From: an uncultured Muribaculaceae bacterium
GTDB lineage: Bacteria > Bacteroidota > Bacteroidia > Bacteroidales > UBA932
Length of the DNA: 64,000 nucleotides
Assembly: GCA_964569595.1 (NCBI GenBank)
Contig: CAZMTY010000001.1
Coordinates: 19,447-83,446, forward strand
Direction: 5' to 3'
Made by a program: the position numbers and the translations under genes. The notes under the pieces were generated by a model that saw only the letters and a list, made by a program, of their open reading frames with translations, was not told the DNA's origin and made no database searches. This document shows, piece by piece, positions 8,907 to 18,500 of the stretch. How positions within the stretch are numbered: position 1 is the first letter of the stretch; each line of letters opens with the position of its first letter.

Positions 8907-9599
8907 ATGGAAGTCAAAAAAACACCAAAAGCCGATCTTAAAAACAGAAGGATTCTGTATGTAGAAATCGGTTTCGTAGTTTCTCTTGGTCTTCTCCTCT
9001 TCGCATTCGAATGGACCAGCACAGAGAAAAAACAGGCGACCCTCGTCGCAGACAATGTAGAACTCATAGAGGAGGAAATTATTCCTATCACCCAGCAGGA
9101 AACTCCCCCTCCTCCCCCTGAAGTACCGAAAATCCCTGTACTTTCAGACCAGATCGAAATCGTGGACGATGACATTCACATTGAGGAAAGCTTCATCAAC
9201 CTCGAGTACGATGCAAACATTGGTGTAGAGATCATGGACTACGTTGAGCAGGTGGCAGAGGAGGCTATCGAAGAGGAAGCCATTCCTTTCATGCTCGTAG
9301 AGGTTAAGCCTACATTCATGGGCGGAGACGCCAACAGCTTCGCGGCTTGGGTAGGTAGAAATCTCGAATATCCTGAGATAGCAAAGGAGAACGGTGTTTC
9401 AGGTCGTGTGATGCTCGAATTTACGGTAATGCCCGACGGAAGCGTTACGAATGTAAGAGTTCTTCGTGGAGTTGACCCTTCACTCGATGCAGAGGCCGTA
9501 CGCGTTGTTTCCAGCTCACCCAAGTGGGAGCCCGGCCGCCAGAGAGACCGCGCAGTAAAGGTAACCTACACCTTCCCTGTAATCTTCCAGCTTAGGTAG
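8907..9599 (+). CDS. energy transducer TonB-family protein
   Basis: Has an N-terminal TM segment (ILYVEIGFVVSLGLLLFAF), a Pro-rich spacer (TPPPPPEVPKIP), and a C-terminal TonB fold (YPEIAKENGVSGRVMLEFTVMPDGSVTNVRVLRGV...AVRVV). The track start 8880 is a TTG, so I prefer ATG 8907 (MEVKKTPKADL). Confidence 0.8.
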   Translation: MEVKKTPKADLKNRRILYVEIGFVVSLGLLLFAFEWTSTEKKQATLVADNVELIEEEIIPITQQETPPPPPEVPKIPVLSDQIEIVDDDIHIEESFINLEYDANIGVEIMDYVEQVAEEAIEEEAIPFMLVEVKPTFMGGDANSFAAWVGRNLEYPEIAKENGVSGRVMLEFTVMPDGSVTNVRVLRGVDPSLDAEAVRVVSSSPKWEPGRQRDRAVKVTYTFPVIFQLR

Positions 9600-9626
9600 T
9601 AGAATCCTTACAAAAGTCATATAACG

Positions 9627-9662
9627 AGTGTCGCCCATGCAAAGGACGACACTTGTTGTATT
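9627..9662 (+). terminator. hairpin terminator after the TonB-family gene
   Basis: AGTGTCG (9627-9633) pairs with CGACACT (9647-9653), followed by TGTTGTATT. Confidence 0.55.
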
Positions 9663-9970
9663 ATAAAGGCATATAAATAAAATGCCTGGAAACTGAAACC
9701 AACAAAGAAAACCAATGACACGAGAAAGCAAGGGACGTAAAAGAAATTTAAACGGTATGTAAAAAACAGATAAACAGGGAGGCAGAAATCAAGCGCAATC
9801 TAAGATTTAAAGCCCGTTTGACAGCCTTATAAACAACTGTAGGGAGAAATTTAGAAGTAACACTAAAAAGCCTTTTGAAGCAAAAGAAACAGGGAAAGCA
9901 TTATAAAAACAGAAGCAAGAAAACAAGTAAAACGAACATACCCTTTCCACAATCAAGAGGGAATCAGCAG

Positions 9971-9978
9971 TATATTTG
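9971..9978 (+). promoter_or_regulatory. -7 promoter box (TATATTTG) for hflX
   Basis: Perfect TAnnTTTG about 50 nt upstream of the hflX ATG (10031). Confidence 0.5.
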
Positions 9979-10030
9979 GGAAATCTGTTCAAATGAAGTA
10001 ATTTTAGAATTCTAACAAGAATAATCCGAT

Positions 10031-11215
10031 ATGGATAATACAAAGAGCAAAAAAGCCGTATTCGTCGGGATTATAAAACAGTACGACGACGAAAGAAAAA
10101 TACTCGAATATCTCAACGAACTTGAATTTCTTGCCCACACAGCCGGGGCTGAAAGCGACAGAAAATTCATACAAAGGGTTGACAAGCCCGAAAAAGCCAC
10201 ATACATAAGGAGCGGAAAACTGGAAGAAATCGCTGCATACTGCGAAGAAAACGATATAGCATATATTATATTCGACGATGAGCTCACGGGTATGCAGCAA
10301 AGGAATATAGAAAAGGTAATCAAGACATCAAGCGTCATAGACAGGACAAGTCTCATCCTCGAAATCTTCTCTCAAAGAGCCAAAACCGCATACGCAAAGA
10401 CTCAGGTCGAACTCGCGAGATACAATTACCTGCTGCCGAGACTTGCAGGAATGTGGACTCATCTCGAAAGACAGCGCGGAGGTATAGGAACCCGTGGCGG
10501 CATGGGTGAAAGCCAGATAGAAATAGACAGGCGTATAGTTAGGGAGAGAATAACCAAACTGAAAGAGGAGCTCAAACGTATTGACAAACAAATGGCTACA
10601 CAAAGAAGCAACAGAGGCGGACTTGTGCGGCTATCCTTAGTCGGCTATACCAATGTAGGGAAATCAACCCTTATGAACCTGCTGTCAAAATCCGACGTTT
10701 TTGCGGAAAACAAACTTTTCGCTACGCTTGATACTACAGTCAGAAAGGTCGTAATAGGCAACGTGCCTTTCCTGCTGAGCGACACCGTGGGATTCATACG
10801 CAAACTGCCTACCCAACTGATAGAAGCCTTCAAAAGCACACTCGACGAGGTACGTGAGGCAGACATACTCATACACGTCGTGGACATCTCACATCCCGAC
10901 TATGAGGAACAAATGGAAGTAGTGGAAAAGACACTGAAAGACATTTCTGCATCCAACAAACCTGTCTATGTAGTATTCAACAAGACAGATGCTTACGCAC
11001 CCTTGGAGTATGATGAATTCTCAATGGAGCCCAGAACGGAGAGACATTTCAGCCTCGAGGAAGTGAAGAACAAATGGATAAAGGAAAAGAAAATACCCTG
11101 TATCTTCATCTCGGCGTTAAAAAAGGAAGGGATAGATAAACTGCGCGACGACATATACAAAATGGTTGCAGAGATACATGCAGGCCGCTACCCCTTTAAC
11201 AACTTCCTGTGGTAG
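10031..11215 (+). CDS. hflX: GTPase HflX
   Basis: 394 aa. HflX N-domain (ELEFLAHTAGA...), then LVGYTNVGKSTLMN (G1), DTVGFI (G3) and FNKTD (G4). Confidence 0.9.
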   Translation: MDNTKSKKAVFVGIIKQYDDERKILEYLNELEFLAHTAGAESDRKFIQRVDKPEKATYIRSGKLEEIAAYCEENDIAYIIFDDELTGMQQRNIEKVIKTSSVIDRTSLILEIFSQRAKTAYAKTQVELARYNYLLPRLAGMWTHLERQRGGIGTRGGMGESQIEIDRRIVRERITKLKEELKRIDKQMATQRSNRGGLVRLSLVGYTNVGKSTLMNLLSKSDVFAENKLFATLDTTVRKVVIGNVPFLLSDTVGFIRKLPTQLIEAFKSTLDEVREADILIHVVDISHPDYEEQMEVVEKTLKDISASNKPVYVVFNKTDAYAPLEYDEFSMEPRTERHFSLEEVKNKWIKEKKIPCIFISALKKEGIDKLRDDIYKMVAEIHAGRYPFNNFLW

Positions 11216-11236
11216 AAATACAAACGAAATTTATGT

Positions 11237-11425
11237 ATTAAGCCCAAATCGGTCGTTAGAATAGCTTATTTCGTAGTCTTGTTTGTAAAGTATTGAAAAC
11301 GAATACATTATAAGTCTAACTTTCAAATGGCAGCCATTAGAAATTAGACTTACAAATCGCTGTTTATCAGTATATTATAACAAGAAACGCAAATAATCAG
11401 CCTCTATTGACCGATTTAGGATTAT
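11237..11425 (+). repeat. ~190-bp nested-palindrome intergenic repeat, copy 1
   Basis: Termini ATTAAGCCCAAATCGGTC and GACCGATTTAGGATTAT are inverted repeats. The two ~90-nt arms are imperfect reverse complements, with an inner stem TAAGTCTAA / TTAGACTTA around AAATGGCAGCCATT. It recurs at 25031-25216 (inverted) and 54779-54855 (half copy). Confidence 0.8.
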
Positions 11426-11468
11426 ACTCCACCTCTGCAGGTAGTGAAGAACGGCGCAATCTAACAAG

Positions 11469-11509
11469 AAAAACGGAAAAGGGGCAGGTCAAAAGTCTCG
11501 ACCTGCCCC
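11469..11509 (-). terminator. rho-independent terminator of frdB/sdhB
   Basis: A perfect 10-bp stem, GGGGCAGGTC / GACCTGCCCC (11481-11490 / 11500-11509), is followed on the minus strand by TTTTCCGTTTTT. Confidence 0.8.
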
Positions 11510-11537
11510 CATAGAATAAACTATAACAGGAAAACTG

Positions 11538-12317
11538 CTACTGTGAGAACTTGGCCTTGAGGAACTCTCTGTTAAGCCTTGCAATGTGAGAAACTGTGAT
11601 ACCCTTAGGACACTCAAGCTCACAAGCACGGGTGTTGGTACAGTTACCGAAACCTAACTCATCCATCTTGGCAACCATAGAGCGGGCCCTCTTGGCAGCT
11701 TCGGGCCTACCCTGAGGCAGAAGAGCAAGAGAACTTACCCTTGCAGCCACGAAAAGCATCGCAGAACCGTTCTTGCAGGTAGCCACACATGCTCCGCAAC
11801 CTACGCAGGCCGCAGCATCCATACTCTCCTCCGCCTTATCGTGAGAAATGAGAATATTATTGGCATCCTGGGCAGCACCTGTACGCACGGAAATGAATCC
11901 GCCAGCCTGCAGAATCTTATCGAAGGCAGTACGGTCCACTACAAGGTCCTTGATTACCGGGAAAGCCGCACTTCTCCAGGGCTCGACAGTAATAGTTGCT
12001 CCGTCCTTGAAATGCCTCATGAAAAGCTGGCAGGTGGTCACATGATCATCCGGACCATGGGCACGCCCGTCAATATAAAGCGAACAGGCACCGCAAATGC
12101 CCTCGCGGCAGTCATGGTCGAAGGAAACGGGACCGCTGCTCTTGCATCCACGTTCCACTGCAACGGGGTCGCAACCTTCCCGAATCAACTGCTCGTTAAG
12201 TATATCAAGCATTTCCAGAAAGGAGGCGTCCTCCTCTATACCTGAAATCTGGTATGTTTCAAAATGGCCCTTGGCCTTGGCGTTCTTCTGGCGCCATATC
12301 TTTAAAGTGAAATGCAT
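11538..12317 (-). CDS. sdhB: succinate dehydrogenase / fumarate reductase iron-sulfur subunit
   Basis: Three Cys clusters: [20 protein letters not shown] and [12 protein letters not shown]. The track start is upstream and overlaps frdA. I prefer ATG 12315-12317 ([10 protein letters not shown]), 4 nt after the flavoprotein stop. Confidence 0.9.
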   Translation of the reverse strand: MHFTLKIWRQKNAKAKGHFETYQISGIEEDASFLEMLDILNEQLIREGCDPVAVERGCKSSGPVSFDHDCREGICGACSLYIDGRAHGPDDHVTTCQLFMRHFKDGATITVEPWRSAAFPVIKDLVVDRTAFDKILQAGGFISVRTGAAQDANNILISHDKAEESMDAAACVGCGACVATCKNGSAMLFVAARVSSLALLPQGRPEAAKRARSMVAKMDELGFGNCTNTRACELECPKGITVSHIARLNREFLKAKFSQ

Positions 12318-12321
12318 CTGA

Positions 12322-14268
12322 TTAGTCTTTGTAGTTTCTGGTTGCAACCTTAATGAACTCATACTTCAAGGGTTCCTTATGAAGCTCGGGTTCCTTGCCC
12401 TCTCCCTTGTACTCCCAGGCGGCAACGTACATGAAGTTCTTATCATCGCGCTTTGCCTCGCCTTCCTCGGTCTGGCTCTCCACGCGGAAATGTCCTCCGC
12501 AGGACTCCTCCCTGTGCAGGGCATCACGGGCCATAAGTTCGCCAATCTCAAAGAAATCCTCGAGTCTGAGAGCCTTTTCAAGTTCCTGGTTGAACTCATA
12601 CTGGCTTCCGGGTACCTTCACATCCTTGTAGAATTCCTCCTTCAACTCGCGTATCTCCTTAATGGCAGTCTTGAGTCCGGACTCCTCACGGGCCATACCG
12701 ACGTACTCCCACATTATGTTGCCGAGCTTCTTGTGCAAAGAATCCACAGTCTTGGTGCCGTTGATAGCGAACAGCCTGTCAATACGGTCCTGAACAGCCT
12801 TCTCAGCCTCATCGAACTCCTTAGTATTCACATCGGTCTTGGGCTCCGCGAACTTATTGGAAAGATAATCACCTATAGTCACAGGAAGAATAAAGTAGCC
12901 GTCAGCCAGACCCTGCATGAGCGCAGATGCACCGAGGCGGTTTCCACCATGGTCGGAGAAGTTTGCCTCTCCTATGGCGAACAGGCCGGGAATAGTAGTC
13001 TGAAGGTCGTAATCAACCCAAATACCTCCCATAGTATAGTGAATGGCGGGATAAATCATCATAGGCTCTTTCCAGGGTGAGGAATCGGTTATCTTCTCAT
13101 ACATCTCGAAGAGATTGCCGTAACGCTCCTCTACCCTCTTGTGTCCCAAACGCCTGATAGCATCCGAGAAGTCAAGGAATACCGCCTTTCCTGTCTCATT
13201 CACACCGAAACCGGCATCACAGCGCTCCTTTGCAGCACGTGAAGCTACATCACGGGGAACGAGGTTACCGAAAGCCGGATAGCGGCGCTCGAGATAGTAA
13301 TCCCTTTCCTCCTCCGGAATCTCAGAAGGCTTGACCTCATGATTCCTCAGCCTCTTTACATCCTCAAGTTTCTTGGGCACCCATATACGTCCGTCATTAC
13401 GCAGAGACTCACTCATGAGCGTAAGCTTGCACTGCTGGTCTCCGTGAACGGGAATACAGGTAGGATGTATCTGGGCGAAGCAGGGATTAGCGAAATAAGC
13501 ACCCTTCTTGAAGCACTGCAAGGCGGCTGAACCATTGCTGTTCATGGCGTTGGTCGAAAGGAAGTAGGCATTGCCATAGCCACCGGTAGCAATAACCACG
13601 GCGTGTGCTCCGAAGCGCTCGAGCTCACCTGTAACGAGATTGCGGGCGATGATACCCTTGGCCTGACCGTTTACAATTACAAGGTCAAGCATCTCGTGAC
13701 GAGGATAGGACTTCACGGTCCCGTTGGCAATCTCCTTGTTGAGAGAAGCGTAGGCACCGAGAAGGAGCTGCTGTCCGGTTTGTCCACGGGCATAGAAAGT
13801 GCGGCTTACCTGCACTCCGCCGAATGAGCGGTTGGCGAGGTATCCGCCGTACTCACGGGCAAATGGAATACCCTGGGCAACACACTGGTCGATAATGGCT
13901 GCACTCACCTCTGCAAGACGGTAAACATTCGCCTCACGGGCACGGTAGTCACCACCCTTGATGGTGTCGTAGAACAGACGATAGACCGAGTCATTGTCGT
14001 TCTGGTAGTTCTTCGCAGCATTGATACCTCCCTGTGCGGCAATGGAATGCGCGCGACGAGGTGAATCGCTGATGCAGAAAATTTTAACGTTGTAGCCCAG
14101 TTCACCGAGTGAAGCGGCGGCAGATGCGCCTCCGAGACCCGTTCCCACTACAATGATTTCAAGTTTTCTCTTGTTATTGGGACTCACAAGATGGATTTCA
14201 GCCTTGCGCTTTTTCCATTTGCTCTCCAGAGGTCCCTCAGGGATTTTGGAAATTAACTTGTCAGACAT
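12322..14268 (-). CDS. sdhA: succinate dehydrogenase / fumarate reductase flavoprotein subunit
   Basis: 648 aa. [13 protein letters not shown] (FAD fold), [15 protein letters not shown] (covalent-FAD His region), HYTMGG. Closely resembles the Bacteroides FrdA type. Confidence 0.95.
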   Translation of the reverse strand: MSDKLISKIPEGPLESKWKKRKAEIHLVSPNNKRKLEIIVVGTGLGGASAAASLGELGYNVKIFCISDSPRRAHSIAAQGGINAAKNYQNDNDSVYRLFYDTIKGGDYRAREANVYRLAEVSAAIIDQCVAQGIPFAREYGGYLANRSFGGVQVSRTFYARGQTGQQLLLGAYASLNKEIANGTVKSYPRHEMLDLVIVNGQAKGIIARNLVTGELERFGAHAVVIATGGYGNAYFLSTNAMNSNGSAALQCFKKGAYFANPCFAQIHPTCIPVHGDQQCKLTLMSESLRNDGRIWVPKKLEDVKRLRNHEVKPSEIPEEERDYYLERRYPAFGNLVPRDVASRAAKERCDAGFGVNETGKAVFLDFSDAIRRLGHKRVEERYGNLFEMYEKITDSSPWKEPMMIYPAIHYTMGGIWVDYDLQTTIPGLFAIGEANFSDHGGNRLGASALMQGLADGYFILPVTIGDYLSNKFAEPKTDVNTKEFDEAEKAVQDRIDRLFAINGTKTVDSLHKKLGNIMWEYVGMAREESGLKTAIKEIRELKEEFYKDVKVPGSQYEFNQELEKALRLEDFFEIGELMARDALHREESCGGHFRVESQTEEGEAKRDDKNFMYVAAWEYKGEGKEPELHKEPLKYEFIKVATRNYKD

Positions 14269-14302
14269 TAGAATATTGTTTCCTTAAATTGTTATAGTTT
14301 CA

Positions 14303-15328
14303 TTAAAATAAACTGTTCTCAGCCAAACTGCCTGAGGCGGGGTCTATTCCTAAATGACCGTAAGAAAGGTCGGTCGCTACCCTGCCCCTCTGCGTACGTA
14401 CTATGAAACCCTCCTTGATCAGGAAAGGCTCGTAAACTTCCTCGTAGGTACCCTGATCCTCCCCTATTGCCGTGGCAATGGTATTCGCTCCGACGGGTCC
14501 TCCCTTGAAATTGGTAATAATAGTCCTGAGTATCCTGTTGTCAATGGAATCCAGCCCCCTCGTGTCTATCCTCAGCCTGTCCAATGCGTACTTCGCAATC
14601 TTGAGGTCTATTTTTCCGTTACCTTCCACCTGGGCGAAGTCCCTTACCCTTTTGAGCAGGGAGTTGGCAATACGCGGAGTCCCGCGGCTTCTCAGGGCTA
14701 TTTCCCTCGCCGCATCGCTGTCTATCTCCACTTTCAGTATGCGCGCGCTGCGTCGTACAATCCTCTCAAGGTCGTCAGTATCATAATATTCGAGAGCGAA
14801 GGTAATATTGAACCTCGCTCTGAGCGGAGCCGTAAGCAAGCCGGAACGTGTGGTCGCCCCTACAAGGGTGAAGGGATTCAAGCCTATCCTCACCGACCTG
14901 GCCCCGGGCCCCTTGTCTATCATTATGTCAATCGCATAATCTTCCATAGCCGAATAGAGATACTCCTCCACGTCCGCGGGAAGGCGGTGTATTTCATCTA
15001 TAAAAAGGACGTCACCGCTGTCGAGCGAAGTCAGAAGGCCCGCAAGGTCGCCGGGTCTTGTAAGTACGGGTCCGGAAGTAATCTTGATGTTGGCCCCCAT
15101 CTCGTTAGCTATGATATGTGCGAGAGTGGTCTTGCCCAAGCCGGGAGGGCCGTGGAAAAGAGTATGGTCAAGCGCCTCGCCACGCATTTTCGCGGCCGTG
15201 ACATATATCAAAAGATTGGACACAATCTCCTTTTGGCCAGTGAAATCATGAAGTTCCTGTGGCCGGATAATTCCATCCAAATCCTTATCTTTGCCCTCGT
15301 TTGTGTTATGAGGATTGAATTCTGACAT
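14303..15328 (-). CDS. ruvB: Holliday junction DNA helicase RuvB
   Basis: [11 protein letters not shown] (Walker A), LFIDEIHRL (Walker B), sensor and winged-helix regions. The track start 15343 is TTG, so I prefer ATG 15326-15328 (MSEFNPHN). Confidence 0.95.
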   Translation of the reverse strand: MSEFNPHNTNEGKDKDLDGIIRPQELHDFTGQKEIVSNLLIYVTAAKMRGEALDHTLFHGPPGLGKTTLAHIIANEMGANIKITSGPVLTRPGDLAGLLTSLDSGDVLFIDEIHRLPADVEEYLYSAMEDYAIDIMIDKGPGARSVRIGLNPFTLVGATTRSGLLTAPLRARFNITFALEYYDTDDLERIVRRSARILKVEIDSDAAREIALRSRGTPRIANSLLKRVRDFAQVEGNGKIDLKIAKYALDRLRIDTRGLDSIDNRILRTIITNFKGGPVGANTIATAIGEDQGTYEEVYEPFLIKEGFIVRTQRGRVATDLSYGHLGIDPASGSLAENSLF

Positions 15329-15351
15329 AGCGCGCTTAGACAATCGGGCTA

Positions 15352-15359
15352 CAAATATA
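15352..15359 (-). promoter_or_regulatory. -7 promoter box (TATATTTG on minus strand) for ruvB
   Basis: CAAATATA on the + strand is TATATTTG on the minus strand, 23 nt upstream of ATG 15328. Confidence 0.45.
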
Positions 15360-15594
15360 GTCTTTTATTTATAATTTTTGTTGTTTATGTTGGGCCTGTT
15401 GAAATGTTGATGACTCTATTAAGTCTTTATATTTCAATTAATTAGGCAGGATGACAATAGTTGATAAATATGTTGAAAACCTGTGTACGGCGATGTTGAA
15501 AACTTCTGCTCACGGAATTTTGAACAGTCATACCCCGGTTATCAACATACTTATCAACAGGTTTTCAATAATATTTTCGGCTAAATGTTGATAA
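15355..15594. other. cluster of DnaA-box-like 9-mers (TTWTCAACA) with adjacent AT-rich tract; candidate oriC or iteron operator
   Basis: Perfect copies lie at 15471-79 and 15494-502 (TGTTGAAAA), 15539-47 and 15551-59 (TTATCAACA), and 15586-94 (TGTTGATAA). One-mismatch copies lie at 15398-406, 15405-13, 15459-67 and 15562-70. The AT-rich stretch tcttttatttataatttttgttgtttatg lies at ~15361-15390. Confidence 0.45.
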
Positions 15595-18500
15595 GTTCAA
15601 ACAGCTGCGGCATACTGGCGGAGAAGGCGGGAAGGCTGCAGAAAGTGTATTGCCGCGGACTCTTTCTGTCTGCAAAGTGGTTCACGTTAAGCCAGGTGGC
15701 AGAGAAAGGACTGCAACTTGTGATACTCCCCGACAAAGAGAGTGCGGAATACTGTACTTCCGACCTTTACAGTCTCATCGAGGGCGACAGGGTCTTCTTT
15801 CTGCCGGAATCGGGCAAGAATGTGGAGAGGAGCAACTACAAGTCCTCCCTGTCCGTGCAGCGCACCGCCGCCATAGCGAGTATCATGTCGGAAGACGAGG
15901 GTATGCGGGTGGTTGTCAGCTATCCCGAAGCCCTGAGCGAAAGCGTTCCTCCGGTTTCCACCATGAAGGAATCGGTCTTGAAACTGCGTCCCGGCGACGA
16001 AATATCCCATGACGAGATAGTAAGGATACTCTCGTCCGCACGCTTCGAAAGGGCGGATTTCGTATCCGAACCCGGACAATACGCAATCAGAGGCTCTATA
16101 GTCGACATATTCTCGTATTCCAATAATCGCCCGTACCGTATTTCATTCTGGGGCAACGAAATAGAGAAGATAAACCTTTTCGACTGCAATACCCAGCTCT
16201 CCATATCCCAGGAGAACGAAATGAAAATAGTGCCCGACGTCAACAGCTCCGAAGAAGATGATTCCGTCAGTATTTTCAGCATACTCCCCCGTGATACGCT
16301 TGTCTGGTTCGACTCTTTCGACATGTACAGGGATGCGGATTTCATTCCTCTGAGCTCAAAGTTCAAGGCTGTTTACTTCGACACCCCCCTTTCGGAGGAG
16401 GTCAGCGAAGACGGGCAGGTACAGTTCCGTATAGCCCCCCAGCCCTCCTTCAACAAGAATTTCGAAATATTGACCGAAGATATACGCAGCCACCTTGAAC
16501 ACGGCTACAAGGTGAGGATATACGGAGACAAGGAGACGCAGCTCGAAAGGATAAAGTCCATACTTTTCCAGAACGGAGGTCTGATGCCGGAGTTCGTGAA
16601 GGGGAAGACCATACACCGCGGCTTCGTAGACCACGAGAACAGGGTCTGCTGCTATTCCGACCACGAAATCTTCGACCGTTTCCAGAGGGTCAGCATAAGG
16701 CGCAGCGTGGAGAAGAGCGAACAATTGACTATCAACGACCTCAACTCCTTCAATATAGGCGACTATGTGGTGCATATAGACCACGGCGTAGGCGTGTTCG
16801 GAGGGCTCGTGAGGATGAGGGACGACAAGAACCGCATCCACGAAGTCGTGAAAATAACCTACAAGGACGGTGATGTGGTATTCGTGTCCGTACACGCGCT
16901 GAACAAGATTTCCCGTTTCAGGTCCAAGGACGGCGAGCCTCCCCGTATCAACAAGTTAGGTTCCAAGTCATGGAGCACGCTCAAGGCCAGCGCCAAGTCC
17001 AAGGTCAAGGACATAGCCAAGGAACTCATAATGCTTTACGCCAAGCGCCGTGCTTCCAAGGGTTTCGCCTTTTCTCCGGATACCTATCTGCAGGAGGAAC
17101 TTGAATCTTCTTTCATGTACGAGGATACTCCCGACCAGGAAAGTGCTACGGCGGCTGTGAAAAGGGATATGGAGGACGACTGCCCCATGGACAGGCTGGT
17201 CTGCGGAGACGTGGGCTTCGGAAAGACGGAAATAGCCATAAGAGCTGCGTTCAAGGCCGTTACTGACGGCAAGCAGGTGGCGGTGCTCGTACCCACTACC
17301 ATACTTTCACTGCAGCACTACAACACCTTCAGACAGCGCCTGCAGAACCTTGCCTGCAATTTGGAATACGTCAGCCGTCTCAGGACCGCCAAGGAAATCA
17401 AGGACATAAAGCAGCGTTTGCTCTCGGGAGAGATAGACGTGCTCATAGGTACGCACAAGATACTCAGCAAGGAATTCGTGTTCAAGGACCTGGGATTGCT
17501 CATAATAGACGAGGAACAGAAATTCGGTGTCTCCGCCAAGGAAAAGCTCAGGACACTGAAGGCTTCGGTGGACACCCTTACCCTTACCGCCACCCCCATA
17601 CCCAGAACCCTGCAGTTTTCCCTGCTGGGTGCAAGGGACCTCAGCATTATCAACACTCCCCCGCCCAACCGCATTCCAGTCCAGACAGAAATCATACTCT
17701 TCGATGAAAAGGAAATCAGAAGCATCATAAACTACGAGCTCAACCGTGGAGGGCAGCTGTTCTTCCTGCACAACAGGGTTGATGAGCTGGATTCCATATA
17801 TGAAATACTCCACAGGTTGGTGCCGGACATGAAAATAGCCGTGGCCCACGGCCAGATGGAGGCCCGCAAACTCGAAAACATCATGCTGGAGTTCATGCGG
17901 GGCGACTTCGATATGCTTCTCTGCACTACCCTGATAGAGAACGGCCTGGATATACCCAACGCCAATACTATAATAATAAACCAGGCGCAGAAGTTCGGCC
18001 TCAGCGACCTTCACCAGTTGAGGGGACGCGTGGGCAGGTCCAACTTGAAGGCCTTCTGTTACCTCATAGTTCCCCCTCTCGCCAGCATAACCGATGACGC
18101 CCGCAGAAGGCTCAAGGCGATTGAGGAATTTTCTGACCTCGGCAGCGGCTTCAACATAGCCATGCAGGACCTGGATATACGAGGAGCAGGAAATCTTTTG
18201 GGAGCCGAACAGAGCGGTTTCATAACCGAAATGGGCTTCGAGACCTATCAGAAGATACTTTCCGAGGCTATGGAGGAATTGGGAGTGGAGACGGGTATGA
18301 CTACAAGGAACGAGCGGGGCCACTACGTATCCGATTGTACCGTGGAGACCGACCAGCCCGCCCTGATTCCTGACGAATATATAGACGTTACTGCCGAGAA
18401 GATACGTATATACAGGGCCATAGACTCCATGAATTCCGACAGGGAGACCGACAACTACGCCCGCAGGTTGGAGGACAGATTCGGCAAGATGCCTGCCGAA

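Noticed and set aside
10012-10356. Minus-strand ORFs of 114 and 98 aa overlapping the hflX start region.
   Set aside because: They are hydrophobic, low-complexity translations of the AT-rich antisense strand of hflX and its leader. They have no independent support.
14354-15325. A 323-aa + strand ORF covering essentially all of ruvB in antisense.
   Set aside because: Same reasoning as above. RuvB motifs (Walker A/B, sensor) are unambiguous on the minus strand, and the antisense product has no recognisable features or start context.
17307-18323. A 338-aa minus-strand ORF inside mfd. Similar long antisense ORFs occur at 22743..23585, 42381..43220, 49737..50606, 61116..61952, 37197..37910, 36511..37170 and 12379..13080.
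   Set aside because: All lie wholly inside well-supported genes on the other strand, have biased low-complexity compositions, and lack promoters. Their abundance tracks local GC content, which points to a compositional artefact.
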